The notes below the pieces were generated by a model. It did no database searches. It was not told where the DNA came from and saw only the letters and a list, made by a program, of their open reading frames with translations. A DNA stretch of 64,000 nt from the human T2T-CHM13v2.0 reference genome, Homo sapiens: NCBI RefSeq assembly GCF_009914755.1, contig NC_060927.1. One strand, written 5' to 3'. Each line of letters begins with the position of its first letter. The first letter of the stretch is position 1. This document shows, one piece after another, positions 11,595 through 25,206 of this stretch. Both the position numbers and the translations under genes were made by a program.

Positions 11595-13290
11595 TTACAA
11601 GATGCTCCAGGCTACTCTTCTAAATTTGCTGCCCCAGCCCTAGAATAAGCCATTTCTCCAAGGATGTATTCTGCTTCCTTTTATTAGTGAATGATATAAA
11701 AAACAAATATCTGGATGTTAATTGTATTAATTATTACTTGGATGTCATCGGTTCTAGACCTTCTTAGTTGGCAGAGCAAAGAAATATATGTGTGTATACT
11801 AACTCATATAAATATAAATGTATGTGCATTCTACATGTAACAATCTATATCTATATGAAATTAAATATGAGTTTATACCGATGTCTCCATCTCTAATCCA
11901 TTACCACAGAGACCATACTAATTTTCTCCCCTTGCTTATCTCTAACCTCCTGCTCCAACAGAGTAATCTAGTTCTCAATATTTCTCACCAGTTTTCATTT
12001 TTCCATTCCTGTGTACATGTCAAGTGGTTTCAGAAGTGCTAGCCCATATTCCCATAGGAACTAACTTTATCAAGTGGAGTCTGTTCTTACATACAGTTCC
12101 TTTTGCCCTTAATCTTACAGATTCCAGGTATTTTCAGTGTTACTTAGATCAGAACCTTTCTCTCCCAACACTTTCAAGTGAGACTGCTTCATACATTTGT
12201 AATTCAGCCAGATAGTTTTGTCCCATTTTGCATTTTATCATTTGATTCTCTAACCTCCTAAATAATTTTTTAAATTTCATACATTAAAGCTCACTCTTTG
12301 TGCTGTAAATTTCTATGGCTTTTAACTAACACATAGTGTCATCTATTCACCAGTACAGTATCATAAAGAATAGCTGCACTAAAAAATCCTTTGTGTTTTA
12401 GTTATTGAACCCTCCCCTCATCCCCTCCAAAACCTCGGCAACCATTAATCGGTTTACCATTTCCATTGTTTTGCCTATTCCAGAATATCATGCAATTGGA
12501 ATCATATAGTATGTAGCCTTTTCAGACTGTTTTTTTTTAACTTAGCGATAGCATTTAATACTGATCCATATCTTCACATGGCTTGATAGCTTATTCCTTT
12601 TTATCACTGAATAATATTCCATTATATGCTTGTACCACAGTTTGATTATACATTCATCTATTCAAGAACATATGAGTTTTGTTGATTATGAATAAGGTTG
12701 CAATAAATATTTGTGTGCAAGTTTCTACATGGACATATGTTTTCAAATCAGTTTGATAAATACCAAGGAGCACAATTGCTGGATCATAGGACAAGGCTTT
12801 GTTTAGCTTTGTAGTAAACTGCCAAACTGTGGTTGAAAGTGGTTGAACCACTCTGTGTTCCCACTAGGACTGAAGAAAAATTCCTTTTGCTCTTCACGCT
12901 CACCAATAATTGATATCATTAATTTTTTTGGATTTTAGCCATTATGATAGGTATGGCATTTCTTATTGTTGTTTTAATTTGCCTTTCCCTAATGATAACT
13001 GATGTGCATCTTTTCATATGTTTATTTGACATCTGTATATCATCTATACTGAAATATGTATTCAGATCTTTTGCTCATTGTTTTTTTTTTTTTTTCACTT
13101 TTGGTGTTGTATATAAAAACTCATCACCCAACCCAGGGTCACACAGATTTTCTCCTATAGCCTTTCCAAGAAGTTTTATAATTTTGCATTTTACATTTAA
13201 GTGTATGATACATTTTGATTAATTGTGGTTAAGGTCTGGGTTTAGGTTTACTTATTTGCATATAAATATCCAACTGTTTCAGCACAACTC
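11595..13290 (-). mobile_element. L1MD-type LINE-1, continuation (3' UTR and ORF2 C-terminus)
   Basis: The minus-strand ORF 12654-12851 (YDPAIVLLGIY...KTYVHVETCTQIFIATLF) is the ORF2 C-terminus; collinear across LTR1. Confidence 0.85.
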
Positions 13291-14529
13291 CTTTTAAACT
13301 TTCCTCCATACTATGTGCTTTGAAAGAAGAGGAAAGAGTTATCCTAAATGTTTACTTAAGGGGAAAAATCTTCTCAAACAGAAATACCTAAAGAGAAAAT
13401 GAAAGCTTAGGGAAGATGTTCTAACTCTTTCTGAGTTGGTCTAGGTTCTTCCAAATCCTCATCTTTGATGGACTAAGTAACATTTATATTTTATAATATA
13501 ATTTCTAATTCTAAAATTCTTACAAAAGATGTATTACAGTTTTTGTTTTCAAGAACAAAATTGGGCATTACAAATGTAATGTTAGTATTTTATATATAAT
13601 TGTAATCCAGTCTTAGAAAATTCCTTATTCAAGGATGCAGCACCATCTCTGAGGTGTTATGCTTTAGCTTCGAGCTGTTGACTCTTTTCTGATATGCACA
13701 AGCTGATCTGGCAATGAAACTGATTCTAAACCATTATGCAAAGACATGCGCTGATTACCCACTGATGATATATTGATTACAGATCTTAGCAGAAGAGAAA
13801 TAGAGATCACCACCCAACACATGAATTGGGTCATTAGGTGGATTGCAACATGCTAAAATAAGATCCACAAACACTGACCTGCAATGTACGGAAATCAATT
13901 TAATAGCAAACCAGACTAAGATAACACAGGCAAGTAAATACATCATCAGGGTGATTTCCTGACTATAAGCAGTGGCAAGTACAAAAATTCCTTAGTGTGG
14001 AGCAAATATCTTAGTAGGTTAGATTTTATTTAAGCAAAGCTGCATTCATTCACTTAACTTAAATATATGCATTGTGTGCAAGGCATTGCAACAAATCAAG
14101 GGAGGGCAATTAAAAGATAGAAATAAACAAACTTGGCTCTTGGCTTTTGCCTTCTTAAATGTATTAGAGTCTTCGTTCAAGCCATAGTAATTTTTCGGAA
14201 CTGGCCTAAGTAGAGAAGGGAGTTTATATTACAAACACAGCAGAGATGGAGAAGGGCCCGAGGAAGTATATGCTATGCTTTATGCTTCTCTGTAGCTTCA
14301 GACCTAATTTTTCTGCTCCTCTCATCACACACTAGAATGTGGCTGCATATTTACTTATTCAACAAATATTTATGAATGCTCGTGATACCAAATATTGTTC
14401 TAGGTACTTGGATACAGACAGCAGTGAAAACAAGTCAAAAAGACCTGGCCCTACTAAGTTTATACCCTAGTGTGTGGAAACAGACAGCAAGCAATACACA
14501 TCAGAAATAAGACATATGGAAAACGTTAG

Positions 14530-14830
14530 GGTCGGGAGCAGCGGCTCACTCCTGTAATCCCAGCACTTTGGGAGGCCAAAATGGGTGGATCACTTGAGGC
14601 CAGGAAATTGAGACCAGCTTGGCCAACATGGCAAAGCCCCATCTCTACCCAAAATACAAAAATTAGCCAGGCGTGGTGGTATATGCCTATAATCCCAGCT
14701 ACTTGGGAGACTGAGGCATGAGAATTGCTTGAACCCAGGAGGCGGAGGTTACAGTGAGACCAGATCGCGCCACTACACTCCAGCCTGGGTGACAGAGCAA
14801 GACTCTGTCTTGAAAGGGAAAAAGAAAAGA
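14530..14830 (+). mobile_element. AluS (Sz/Sx-like)
   Basis: Full dimeric Alu with A-rich tail; probable TSD aaaacgtta / acaatgtta. Confidence 0.97.
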
Positions 14831-15074
14831 ACAATGTTAAAAAGTGGTAAGTGCTAAAGGTATAAATGATTGGAACATACTGAAGGGGACTGAGTATGCT
14901 ATAAATAGGGTAGGGGAGAGAAGGGAGGTTGTGATTTTAAACAGAATGTCAGAATAGGCCTCATTGATAGGATAACACTTGCAGAAAGGCTTGAATAAGA
15001 AATGTGAGATTTGATCATGCCAGTGCATCGGTGAAGATGGTCATGGACAGAGGGAATAACCAGGGCAAAGGTTC

Positions 15075-15426
15075 TGTATTAGCCCATTCAGGCTGCTATA
15101 GCAAACTACACAGACTTAGCTTAAACAAGTTTTCACAGTTGCAGAGGCTGGATGCCTAAGGTCTGGGTGCCAGCATGTTTGGGTTCTTGGTAAGGGCCTG
15201 CTCTCAGGTTTGCAGATGGCTGTCTTCACACCGCATCCTTACATGGCAGAGAGAGAGAGAGAGAGCTCTAGACCCTCCATCCCCTTATAAGAGCCCTAAT
15301 CCAATCCTAGGGGCTCCACCCGAAACCTAATCACCTCCCAAAGGCTCACTCTCCAAATACTATCACATTGGAGACTAGGTTTCAACATATGAATTTTAGG
15401 GGGACACAAACATTTAGTCTATAGTA
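15075..15426 (-). mobile_element. MLT1A-type MaLR solo LTR
   Basis: tgtattagcccattcaggctgctatagcaaa...tttcaacatatgaattttagggggacacaaacatttagtctatagta. Confidence 0.85.
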
Positions 15427-15818
15427 GGTCTCAGGTTCCAATTCCAGGGGTATTGGAACAGCATAGAAGCCAGCATGCCTAGAGCAGAGAGTGTGATAAC
15501 TAAGAGGTGAGAAGTGAGAAGTAACGGGGACACAGGTCACAGAGGACTTTGCAGGCTGTTAAAAGAACTGTGTTTTTTTTCCCAAGGAACATGGGAGCTC
15601 TGAGAGGGTTTTGATCAGATGAATGATGTGATTCACTTTCAACACTAGATCTTACGGTCTGAGCTATATGAAGAGAGACAATCAATCTCTCTCCCTTATT
15701 TTTTCAGGCCCTGTTACCCAGGGAGCAGGTCAAGCATCCACCCATCACCAAACATTTTTTCCCAAGATGCTGCGGCTTGGTGTGTGATCCTGGTTGCTGG
15801 AGCACATTTGCTTCTTCA

Positions 15819-16174
<356 letters not shown>

Positions 16175-17404
16175 TCAGAAAGTGGGGAGCATTTGCCAGA
16201 GCATGTAAGGCGGCCAGCAACCCATTATTTGTTCACCTCATTACAGTTAGAATCTAATAGGATAAAATGTGTTCATATATATTTTCTCACCTGTATTATA
16301 CTTAACTATAATGAGGGGTATTGATAAAGTCTCAGGGGTTGTTGAGAGGAGGAAAAATAACTTTCTATGTGGTCATTAAATGCACTTGAGCTTGAAAGAC
16401 AGTTTGGATTTGGCTATAGAGAGATGAAGGTCGGGTTGGGAAAAGAGGTCATTTAATGTACAAGGAAACAGTATGAGCAAGAAGTCCCAAATATTTCTTC
16501 CCCCTGGCAGGGGTAGGTACAGTACTGTAGACAGTATATTATGCACAAACAGATTATGCATGAGTTTACTCAGGGGACTGCTAGACCACTCAACAATAAT
16601 GGGTAATTGCCTTAGCAAACTCATCCTTCTATCACTTATGCACCCCAACAAACACTAAAAGAAAAAGGTATTAAGGGCAAATGTCAATGTGAAGTATGTT
16701 TTTTTTTGAACATGATTGTTGCACTGAGCTCTTGCACAGCACTCTTCTATTAGAAAGTCTATAGATACATTGATTAAAGAAGAAGGAAAATTTCCACTTA
16801 AACTTCTTCCTTTTGGATACTTAACTTGAACATGAGTGCTGGTGACACACTATGATCCAAATTCTAAAAAAGACACCAGAGGCACTTAAACAAAATTATC
16901 TATTTTAAGTTAAAAACAAATTCTGTGGGTGACTAAAATCTCCAGAATGCAAAAAGTGTTCCTCAAAGTTATTAATTGAAAATAATCTGTTTACTTGCTC
17001 TAACATTTTTTGATCTCCCAAATATTCTATACCAAAGCTACGTTTTCTGGCTAAAGAATAACCTTTTTTTGCATGTAGGTACATTGAAATTCCAAATAAC
17101 AATTATCTTCTATTTTGAATAAAATATGTAAAATGATTTACTTTAGAATTTATTGCTAAAATTATACAGAAATTCCCCCTTTTTAAAGTATAGTATTGGT
17201 ATCTAAAATCTGAGTTTGTTTCTTGATATGTATTTAATAAATTATACTGGAAACATCATGAACCCTTTATGATACAATTAGATAAGATTTTCAATGAAAG
17301 ATAATTCCATATATAATATTTTTCATTACTTCTTCACCCATATTCAAAATTTCAAAACTAATTGTAAATATAAAACTATTTTATGTATGTGTCTTACTAG
17401 CTAT

Positions 17405-17768
17405 TTCATTCATTCATTCAAATTCTAAGTTCCTTCCTTATTAAACTTATGTTCTATAGGAAGAAGATGAAATGAATATAAAGCATGCAAATAAATTAGT
17501 AAGGTAATTTCAAATATTAAGACATGCTATGAAGAAAATAATTTAGGATAATGGAATCAGAAATACCATACTGTGGACGGCCTAATTTAGACTGGGAAGT
17601 CAGTAACAACATTTCTAAGGAGGTGACATTGAGTTGAGACTTAAATGATGAGCAAAAGCCAATCTTGCAAAAATTTAGGTAAAAAGCACTTCAGACAAGG
17701 GGAATAGTCAAGATAACTCCTAAATATGAAATGAGCTTAATGTGTTACATGGTAGGAAAGAAGCCTTG
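17405..17768 (-). mobile_element. L2 fragment
   Basis: ttcattcattcattcaa 3' end; ctaaggaggtgacattgagttgagacttaaatgatgag. Confidence 0.65.
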
Positions 17769-18213
17769 AGCAGTGGTTCTATAGTACTCATAATATGTAC
17801 CTGAAATATATCCTATTTCAGATATTATGAGTAGTTTGTGAAACCCCTTTTTATTAGGCCACCTTATAAAATCATATCATTGAGACAGATTTGAATTTCA
17901 CAGATAAAGAAATATTCCCTACATAAAAGAGAAAAGCATAGGAAGATTGGCCAGGTGTAGTTCATGTTAACCATTACCCGATTCAAAAACAAAAGGAAGG
18001 ATTCTAAGAAAAAGTAAGTTGATACTTAAGGGATAAGGAAAACCTCCAAATTTTATGAATAAATACCTGGATAGAGCCTGCTTTCTTTAATAAGTATTGG
18101 TGGGGAGAAGTGTGGGATTTTTGCAAGGTTCTATAGTAAAAAAGATAAAGAACCTGGTATTTGGGGCAGAGAAGAAAAATATGTTTCCAAAATATGTATT
18201 AAAATTAATAGAA

Positions 18214-21049
18214 TAGTTCTATTTCCAGGAAGATGGAGATGTAATTTTCCCTATTCCTCTTGCTAAGTACAGCTAAACCCTCTAAATATTATATATTTAA
18301 AATGCCCAAAAATAGGGAAAGAAGAGGACAGACAGGCTAGAAATTATGGGAGTTGAGAAACAACATAGTAGTGAATTCCCTGGGATTTGTTTTTACCTCA
18401 TATATCCCACACTAGCAGCTGAAGAAATTGGTCACTCAGAAATGCTAATGAGCACAGATAAAACAAACAAACAACAACAAAATCCCAAAAGCCTCCTCTC
18501 TCTAACCAAATAACCAAGAACGAGGCACCCTAGCAAGACAAAAACTTTTAGGCAATAATCACTCTTCTCTAGTCAAACAGCATGGACAACTGTGACTCTA
18601 CTCCACCATAACAGCAAAGGCCCCTTGGGGACTCTAGACCTCCTCACTGATTAGGTTCGTATTTAGTCACCCCAACTGAATTGTAGGACAATATAAATGA
18701 TTTCATCTGAACAACAGAAAAAAAAGAGACTTTTAAAAAGTAACAAGCCCTGAGGATTTTGGGTATAATGAAAAGGATATAATATTCATGTCTTTGGAGT
18801 CCTGATAGGAGAGAAGAAAGATAGCAGGGCTGAAAAAGTAGTCAAAGAAATAATGAACCAACTTCTCAATCTGGCAAAAAAAAAAAAAATGATGAACCTA
18901 TACGTTCAAGAAGCTAAGCAAACCTTCAAAAAGTTAAACACAAATAACTTCATCCCAAGAGACCTCATAGCCAAGTTTTAGTGTTCTGAAAACTTAGGAG
19001 AAAGAAAAAAATCTTGAAAGGAGTGAAAGAGAAATGACACCTTACTTTAGTGGCAGGTAATAATTAAAAGGAGAGCAGATTTCTCATCAGAGAGACCATG
19101 GAAGCTAGCAGGAAATGACACAGCATTTTTCAATACTGAAAGAAAAGAACTAGCAACCCAGAATCCTATATCCAGCAATATATCCTATAGGAATGAAGGA
19201 AAAATCATGACATCATCAGATGAAGGAAAATAAGAGAATTTGTCACAAGAACACTAATCCTAAAATGCTTAAAATAAGTTCTCTAAACAGAAAGAAAACA
19301 ATGAAAATTCCAACCTTGGAATGTTAGGAAGAAATGAAAAGCATGCTAAGCAACAGTATGGGTAAATCCAATAGATTTTCTTTCTCTTCTTAAGTTTTAA
19401 AAATTATCCTTGAGAGTTGAGCAAAAATCTCAACACTGTCTGATGTGATCTTAAATGCATATAGAATAAATATTTCAATAATGTATAAACACAATTTTGT
19501 AGAAATAGACAAGAATATTTTAATTATTTTCCAAAGGAAAAAAAGGAGGATAACTAAGACAATTTTGAAAAGAATGAGTTTACCCAATTTCAAGACCTAT
19601 TTTATAGCTATAGAAATCAAAACTGTGTGGTATTGGTTGAGGAATACATAGATTAATGAAACAGAATAGAAACCAAAAATAGATCCACAAAAATATACGT
19701 AACTGACTTTTGACAAAGATAAATAAACAATTCAATGGAACAAAAAGATAAATTTTTTCAGCAAATGATACTAGAGCAATTGGACATCCATAAGTTAAGA
19801 AACAAACAAAAGAACTACTAAGTTTCACTTTATATTTAAAATTTATCTTATAACCTATCAATGGACTTAAATGTAGAATACCCATTTAAAACTGGGCAAA
19901 AAATCCTTAGATTTACCATCAAAATCATGATTTATAAAAGGAAAAATTGATACATTGGATCTCATCTGTGTAAAACAAAAACTGTTCTCTGTAAAATAAT
20001 AAAACTTTTCTCTATAAAAGAAAAAACTTTTCTCGTAAAAGAATAAAAATTCAAGCTACTTACTGAGAGAGAATGTTTGCAAATCACTTATCTGAGAAAG
20101 GACTAGCAACTAGAATATATAAAGAACTCAGAAAACTGCATTAAATAAACAAACAATTCAGTAGAAAATGGGTAAAAGAAATAAAGAAGATGTTTCACTG
20201 AGAAGGATGTACAGATGGCAAATTATCACAAGAAAAGAGATGCATTATTCATTAGTGAAATACCAATTAAAACCACAATGAAATATTACTATACTACATG
20301 TCAGAATGGCTAAAATAAAAAAAATAGTGACAACACTAAATGCTGTAGAAGTTCTGGAAAACCAGATCAGCCATATGTTGCTGATGAGAATGTAAAATAG
20401 TAGAGCCACTCTGAAAAACAGTTTGGTAGTTTCCTTAAAAACAAAATATGCAATTATCATACAACTCTGGAATTCTTGGGCATTTATCCCAGAGAAATAA
20501 AAACTTATGTTCGCACAAAAACCTGTGCATAAATGTTTATAGCAGCTTCATTCATAATAACCCCAAAACTGAAGACAACTCAGATGTCCTTCAATGGGTG
20601 AATGGTTAAACAAACTGTGGTACATCTATTCCCTGGAATACAACTCAACAATAAAACGTAACAATCTTAATCAATTTCCAGGGATATATGCTAAGGGATA
20701 AAAGCCAATTTGAAAGGTTATCTACTATGTGACTCCATGGATATGATATTCTGAAAATGACAAAATTATAGAAATGGAGAACAGATTATGGTTGCCAGGG
20801 ATTAGGGAGAGTGTGGGAGTCAGGGGTAAGGAAGTGCAGCTGTAAAAAGACCAAGTGGTGGCTTGCTATGATGATTAAAGTGTTCTGCATCATTAATGTA
20901 TCAATGTAAATATCCTGGTTGTGATACTGTGTTACAGTTTTGCAAGATGTTATCACCAGAGGAAGCTGCATTAAAAGTACCCTTCTCTATGGTATGTCTT
21001 ACAACTGCAGATGAATCTACGGTTCCCTCAAAACAAAAAGGTTAGTTAA
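18214..21049 (+). mobile_element. Ancient L1 (L1MC/MD-type) with 5' UTR, partial ORF1, ORF2 3' part and 3' UTR; internally deleted
   Basis: The 5' end ttctatttccaggaagatggag...gctaagtacagctaaa resembles the L1MCa/MDa 5' end; ORF1-like 18690-19300; ORF2-like from ~19490 (LPNFKTYFIAIEIKTVWYW); 3' end cttacaactgcagatgaatctac; TSD at 18201-18213 and 21050-21062. Confidence 0.85.
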
Positions 21050-21309
21050 AAAATTAACAGAAGTATAATTTAGCAAGTATTTGTTCTATACTCAAACTTT
21101 AGGAAAACCAGCTATTTTAGAAAAAAAGATGAAAGATGAGATCAAATGAAGAGTAAAATGAATACTGACTGAAGCAATTCACGAAGACTGGAAATAGTTT
21201 AAAGATAATAAAATGTGACTATAGAATTAGAATCATCAGAAGAAGCAATAAGTAACAGAATCAACCCTTCATTCAGTAAAACCAGGAATGAGGAGGAGCA
21301 TGACGAAAA

Positions 21310-21741
21310 TGGTGGTGGTGCTGAGGCTGCACCTTTCAGACTTCTGGCTGCAGGGAGTGTAACTGTGTCACTGACCCAAGGCTTCAGCTGCTGAGCTGGG
21401 AACCCAGTTCTGCATTATGTGAGGCTATGCTTCCCACATGCTGCCTCTAGCTGGACAGTGCCTGAGCATGGCAGGAAGGCCCAGACTCCTAAATTTGGTT
21501 TGAGGACTCCACAACAGCCTTGTCAAACTTCTTTAGACTGCATACATTCCCGGATGCTTTCACCCAGCGTTCCTTCCCTCTGTCCTTCACTGGGCATCAG
21601 ACATGCATTGTGGTCTGATTGCCTTTCCAGCTTTATCTAGGTCCTTCTCTGTTTTCTCTCACCTGGGTATTTTTCTTAATAAAATCCTTGGACTTTTAAT
21701 CACATCTTGGTTTCTGCTTCTTGGAAGACTAAACTAACTCA
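21310..21741 (+). mobile_element. LTR16B-like ERVL solo LTR
   Basis: 3' end aataaaatccttggacttttaatcacatcttggtttctgcttcttggaagactaaactaactca; internal ggcatcagacatgcattgtggtctga. Confidence 0.7.
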
Positions 21742-21779
21742 GATTTACCACGACTCAGCAATAGTACACTAAAGATAGA

Positions 21780-22600
21780 GATTAAAAACAAGGGATAAAT
21801 TGAAATTTAATAGTTGGAAATAAGCTACCTACCCCTGGCCAGTGCAAAGAACACCAGTAACCAGGTGCCTAACTCTCGGGTAGGAGACTTCAGGTCTCTT
21901 CTGAATTCATAGAACAGCTGCTAAGAGAAGATCCCCACATACTGACGCTGGAGATCTGGTTGAGAATACAGCATCCCATGCAACCAATCAGCAAACTCTA
22001 CTAAGTTTCCAATCAATTTTCTCATCACACATTCTTACATACAAATAAATCAAGGACCACCAGCTGTTCAGGAAATCTTCCAACAAGGAAGAGTGATATT
22101 GAAATGAATACATGCAAAGAGCCAACTGAAACATGCACAGATAAAGTAGGCATAAGAAAAAAAAAACCAATTAGAATCCTCATTCATACCTGACATTACT
22201 TCCATGAAACAAAAACAGGGTGTTATTTTTAAAAATAAATAACCAGAGATCAAAAGAGAGCTCTGGAGAATCTTTTAAAATGCTTGCAAAGAAATCAGTT
22301 TTAAAATTGGAAGATGAAGTCATAGATACTTTCCAGAAAGTGGAACCAAAAATGGAAAGAAAGTGAAAAAAGGAGAGGGGAAAAAAATCTTTGGAGTGAG
22401 CTAAAAGTATCTTTAAAAAAGAGAAGAAAGAAAATAGACGGCAAGAAATTATTAAATAAGTAATGCAAGCGTAACTTTTCAGAACCTATAGACATACTCT
22501 ACAGATTAAAAGTATCCACTGAACACTCAGCATAAGGAGTAGGAGAAGTGGAGAGGTAAACGGCACACTCAGGCACATTGCTGTGAAATTCCAAACGAAG
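21780..22600 (+). mobile_element. Ancient L1ME/HAL1-type 5'/ORF1 fragment
   Basis: A-rich ORF1-like sequence (ttggaagatgaagtc...ccagaaagtggaac; cagattaaaagtatccactga; aggcacattgctgtgaaattcca). Confidence 0.55.
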
Positions 22601-23609
22601 GAACTATTTCACTTGTTCCTTCAACAATCCTTTGAGCATGTAATCCAGGTTTTCTTATCACATTTTATTTATGATTCTTCACATATTCTAAAAAAAAGCT
22701 CATCAGAAAACAACCTAGCAAACTAGGAGAGACAAAAAGACATACATTTGTCATAATAATTAAAATGAAGTTTAAATCAATATACATCAATAGGATTAGT
22801 TCTGAAATGATTTGTTCCTTAAGTTTATATGAATCTGAATTCCTAACACTTGATTACTGATCTAACGGTAATGACTCAGTGACATTCATAAAAGCAGGTA
22901 TTAATTTTTATTCAGTTTCTGAAAAAGTGAAATTGTTCCCCTTCATTAACTTTTTTACAAAATCATTGGCTTTTTATAGATTATAAAATAGTATACATTC
23001 ATTTCAGAAAACTTAGAAATTATCACACGAAATAATATAAAAGTTACCTATTACCCCAAATCCAGCAATGACAACCATTAAGATTTTGGCATATGTTTTT
23101 CTAGTTTTCTTTCTGTGCCTACAAAACAAAACCATCAAATTATATAATTTAACCAACTTTAATCAACTTAGGTATACTAACAAAAATATTTCCAAAATGT
23201 GCTATACCCTAACCTGCCTAAATAAATAAATAATCGAATATATTTTAAAATTTTCTTGATAACCCTGAGTTCTGGTTACAAGTCCCACCAGTCATTTAAT
23301 GACATTCTCAAGATCCACTGAGAGATGTCAGCTCCTTTCTCTGGTCTTCCATGGTTCCTCACTATTCTTACTTTTAAAATACTTGTCCTTTTGTTTTTTA
23401 AACAAAATATTTGTATTAAAAACTCTTAAACTTTTAAAATACCTATCCTTTTTGTTTTTTTGTAGGTTGTGTTTTCATGAATGAGCAGAAGTTAAATTGA
23501 TGTTTCTTTCTGCCTTAAGAATACCAATCCCAGGCTGTCTCTCTTTCTAATTTGCTGTGGGCTGGGAAACCACATAGCTACCTTTATTGATAATCATGAC
23601 ACCACCCAG

Positions 23610-23760
23610 AGCAGTACTTACAGATGGCACTTTTTTTGAGCACTGACTTTATCCCAGGCAATTACTGTGATAAGTACTTTTAATCTTCATAATAACTGAG
23701 AAGGCAACTCAGGATTAGCAAATATTAAGTAATTTGCCAAAATGCATACAGTAAGTCACC
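23610..23760 (-). mobile_element. MIR fragment
   Basis: tttgagcactgactttatcccaggca...aatcttcataataact...ttaagtaatttgccaaa. Confidence 0.55.
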
Positions 23761-23849
23761 TACTTTTGAAGTAGAATTAGTAGAGCCTGTAATCTAGAGA
23801 AGAAAAATTATATTCTGGGGGTTTTAACCAACTGGTGGGATGGTGGTGC

Positions 23850-24590
23850 TATTACAAACTTGGAACGTGCACCCCCAGTGGTAGGTGAGATGATTTTAGG
23901 ATGCATTCTAATGGATTTTATGTACAAGGACATGGACATGAAAATAAACAACATTGAACTGCATAGCGAGAATCTCTGTTTAATTCAGCTTCCGTTTTCC
24001 TGATTATGTAAAGGAAAAAGTCTCAATGAGTGCTAATGTGTTTTTAATATTTTATTAAACTCAGGAAAGCATCTTTTTGGCAAAAAGAGAGCAGGCCTCA
24101 GATACAAAGCTTTTGGTAAGCAGTGGTTTCTAGACAGAATTTACTAACATAGTGCTTTTATCATTTATATTTAGGGTTAATGCCTATTTGTAAAATATGT
24201 TAATGATTTTCCCTTTATGAATGTGATGTTTTTAAATAAAATTTTTTATTTTAAAAGTTGAGTGGATTTTCAAAAAGTGAAATAATTACATGTTAAAATG
24301 AGAGCACATGGACACAGAGTGGGGAACAACACACACCAGGGCCTGCTGGGGGCTGGGAGGCTAGGGGAGGAAACTTAGAAGATGGGTCAATGGGTGTAGC
24401 AAACCACCATGGCACATGTATACTTATGGAACAAAACTGCACATTCTGCACATGTATCCCAGAGCTTAAAATAAAATTTTAAAAAAAGAAACATTTAAGA
24501 ATGAAAATAATAATAATAACGTGTTCACAGGGCAAAAAAAGCATGAAAGTGACACATAAGTGATTCATATGACAAAATGTGTCAAATTTA
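23850..24590. mobile_element. Probable ancient hAT-Charlie-like DNA transposon, interrupted by L1PA8
   Basis: cagtggtaggtgagatgattttagg and gagagcaggcctcag motifs; family not securely identified. Confidence 0.3.
24297..24490 (+). mobile_element. L1PA8-like 3' end (short 5'-truncated insertion)
   Basis: gaggaaacttagaagatgggtcaatgggtgtagcaaaccaccatggcac; A tail; candidate TSD aataattacatgtt (24281-24294) / aataataacgtgtt (24512-24525). Confidence 0.9.
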
Positions 24591-24776
24591 TATCCCTTTT
24601 ATTTTAAAAGTAAAGAGTATTTTCTATTAATGGGATATGATTTTTCCTGCCTAGAAAACTGAGTATAAAGGATGATGAAGTGCTTTAAACAAAATGGACA
24701 ACTTCTCCATCTTGACTCTTGTTGTGTTTTGTTGTACTACTTCTCTTAAGATTAAGTACCAGAAGGTCTGGTGTAT

Positions 24777-25206
24777 CTGTGGTGTACTTGAGTCAGTTCG
24801 TACAGTTCCCAAGAAATGACTGTTAAATTTGCAGTGGTTTTGTGAGCCAATTGTTAAACATAGCCATTATCAAAAAATAAAGTATATTGACTTATAATAC
24901 ATAAATTACCTTAAAAAACAAAAGTAATACGTATTTGAAACTTACTGTTTCCTAATTATTTTACTACATTTTTGCCATTATCTTTACTTTTGTGACTATG
25001 TCCACTCTATCTGTAGGTTGGGAACATGACCTAATGGTGTGCTACCATGCAGCTCTTTCCAGCTCCATGTTCAGTGACTTCATATTGGTAAGTTGAAATC
25101 TACTATGGCATGAGTATTTACACTACAGAAATTGGCAAAAGCTATGATTTAGTGCTTTTTCCTCCTGAAAAGCTGGCCATTTAATATTTACCAGCATATG
25201 GCACGG
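24777..25206 (+). mobile_element. MER63 (MER63B-like) hAT-Blackjack DNA transposon
   Basis: ctgtggtgtacttgagtcagttcgtac...tgtgagccaattgttaaacatagccatt...gagtatttacactacagaaattggcaaa...atttaccagcata. Confidence 0.82.

Larger units (their letters stand above)
14350..15680 (-). mobile_element. L2 LINE, interrupted by Alu and MLT1A
   Basis: ttattcaacaaatatttatgaatg...ttctaggtacttggatacag; resumes at 14840-15070 and 15430-15680 (gagggttttgatcag...tgattcacttt). Confidence 0.75.

Noticed and set aside
10975-11648. Several overlapping 70-124 aa ORFs
   Set aside because: They fall in the GC-richer LTR1, where stop codons are rarer; no recognisable protein
16518-16529. 12-bp palindrome tacagtactgta
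   Set aside because: Palindromes this short are expected many times by chance in 64 kb
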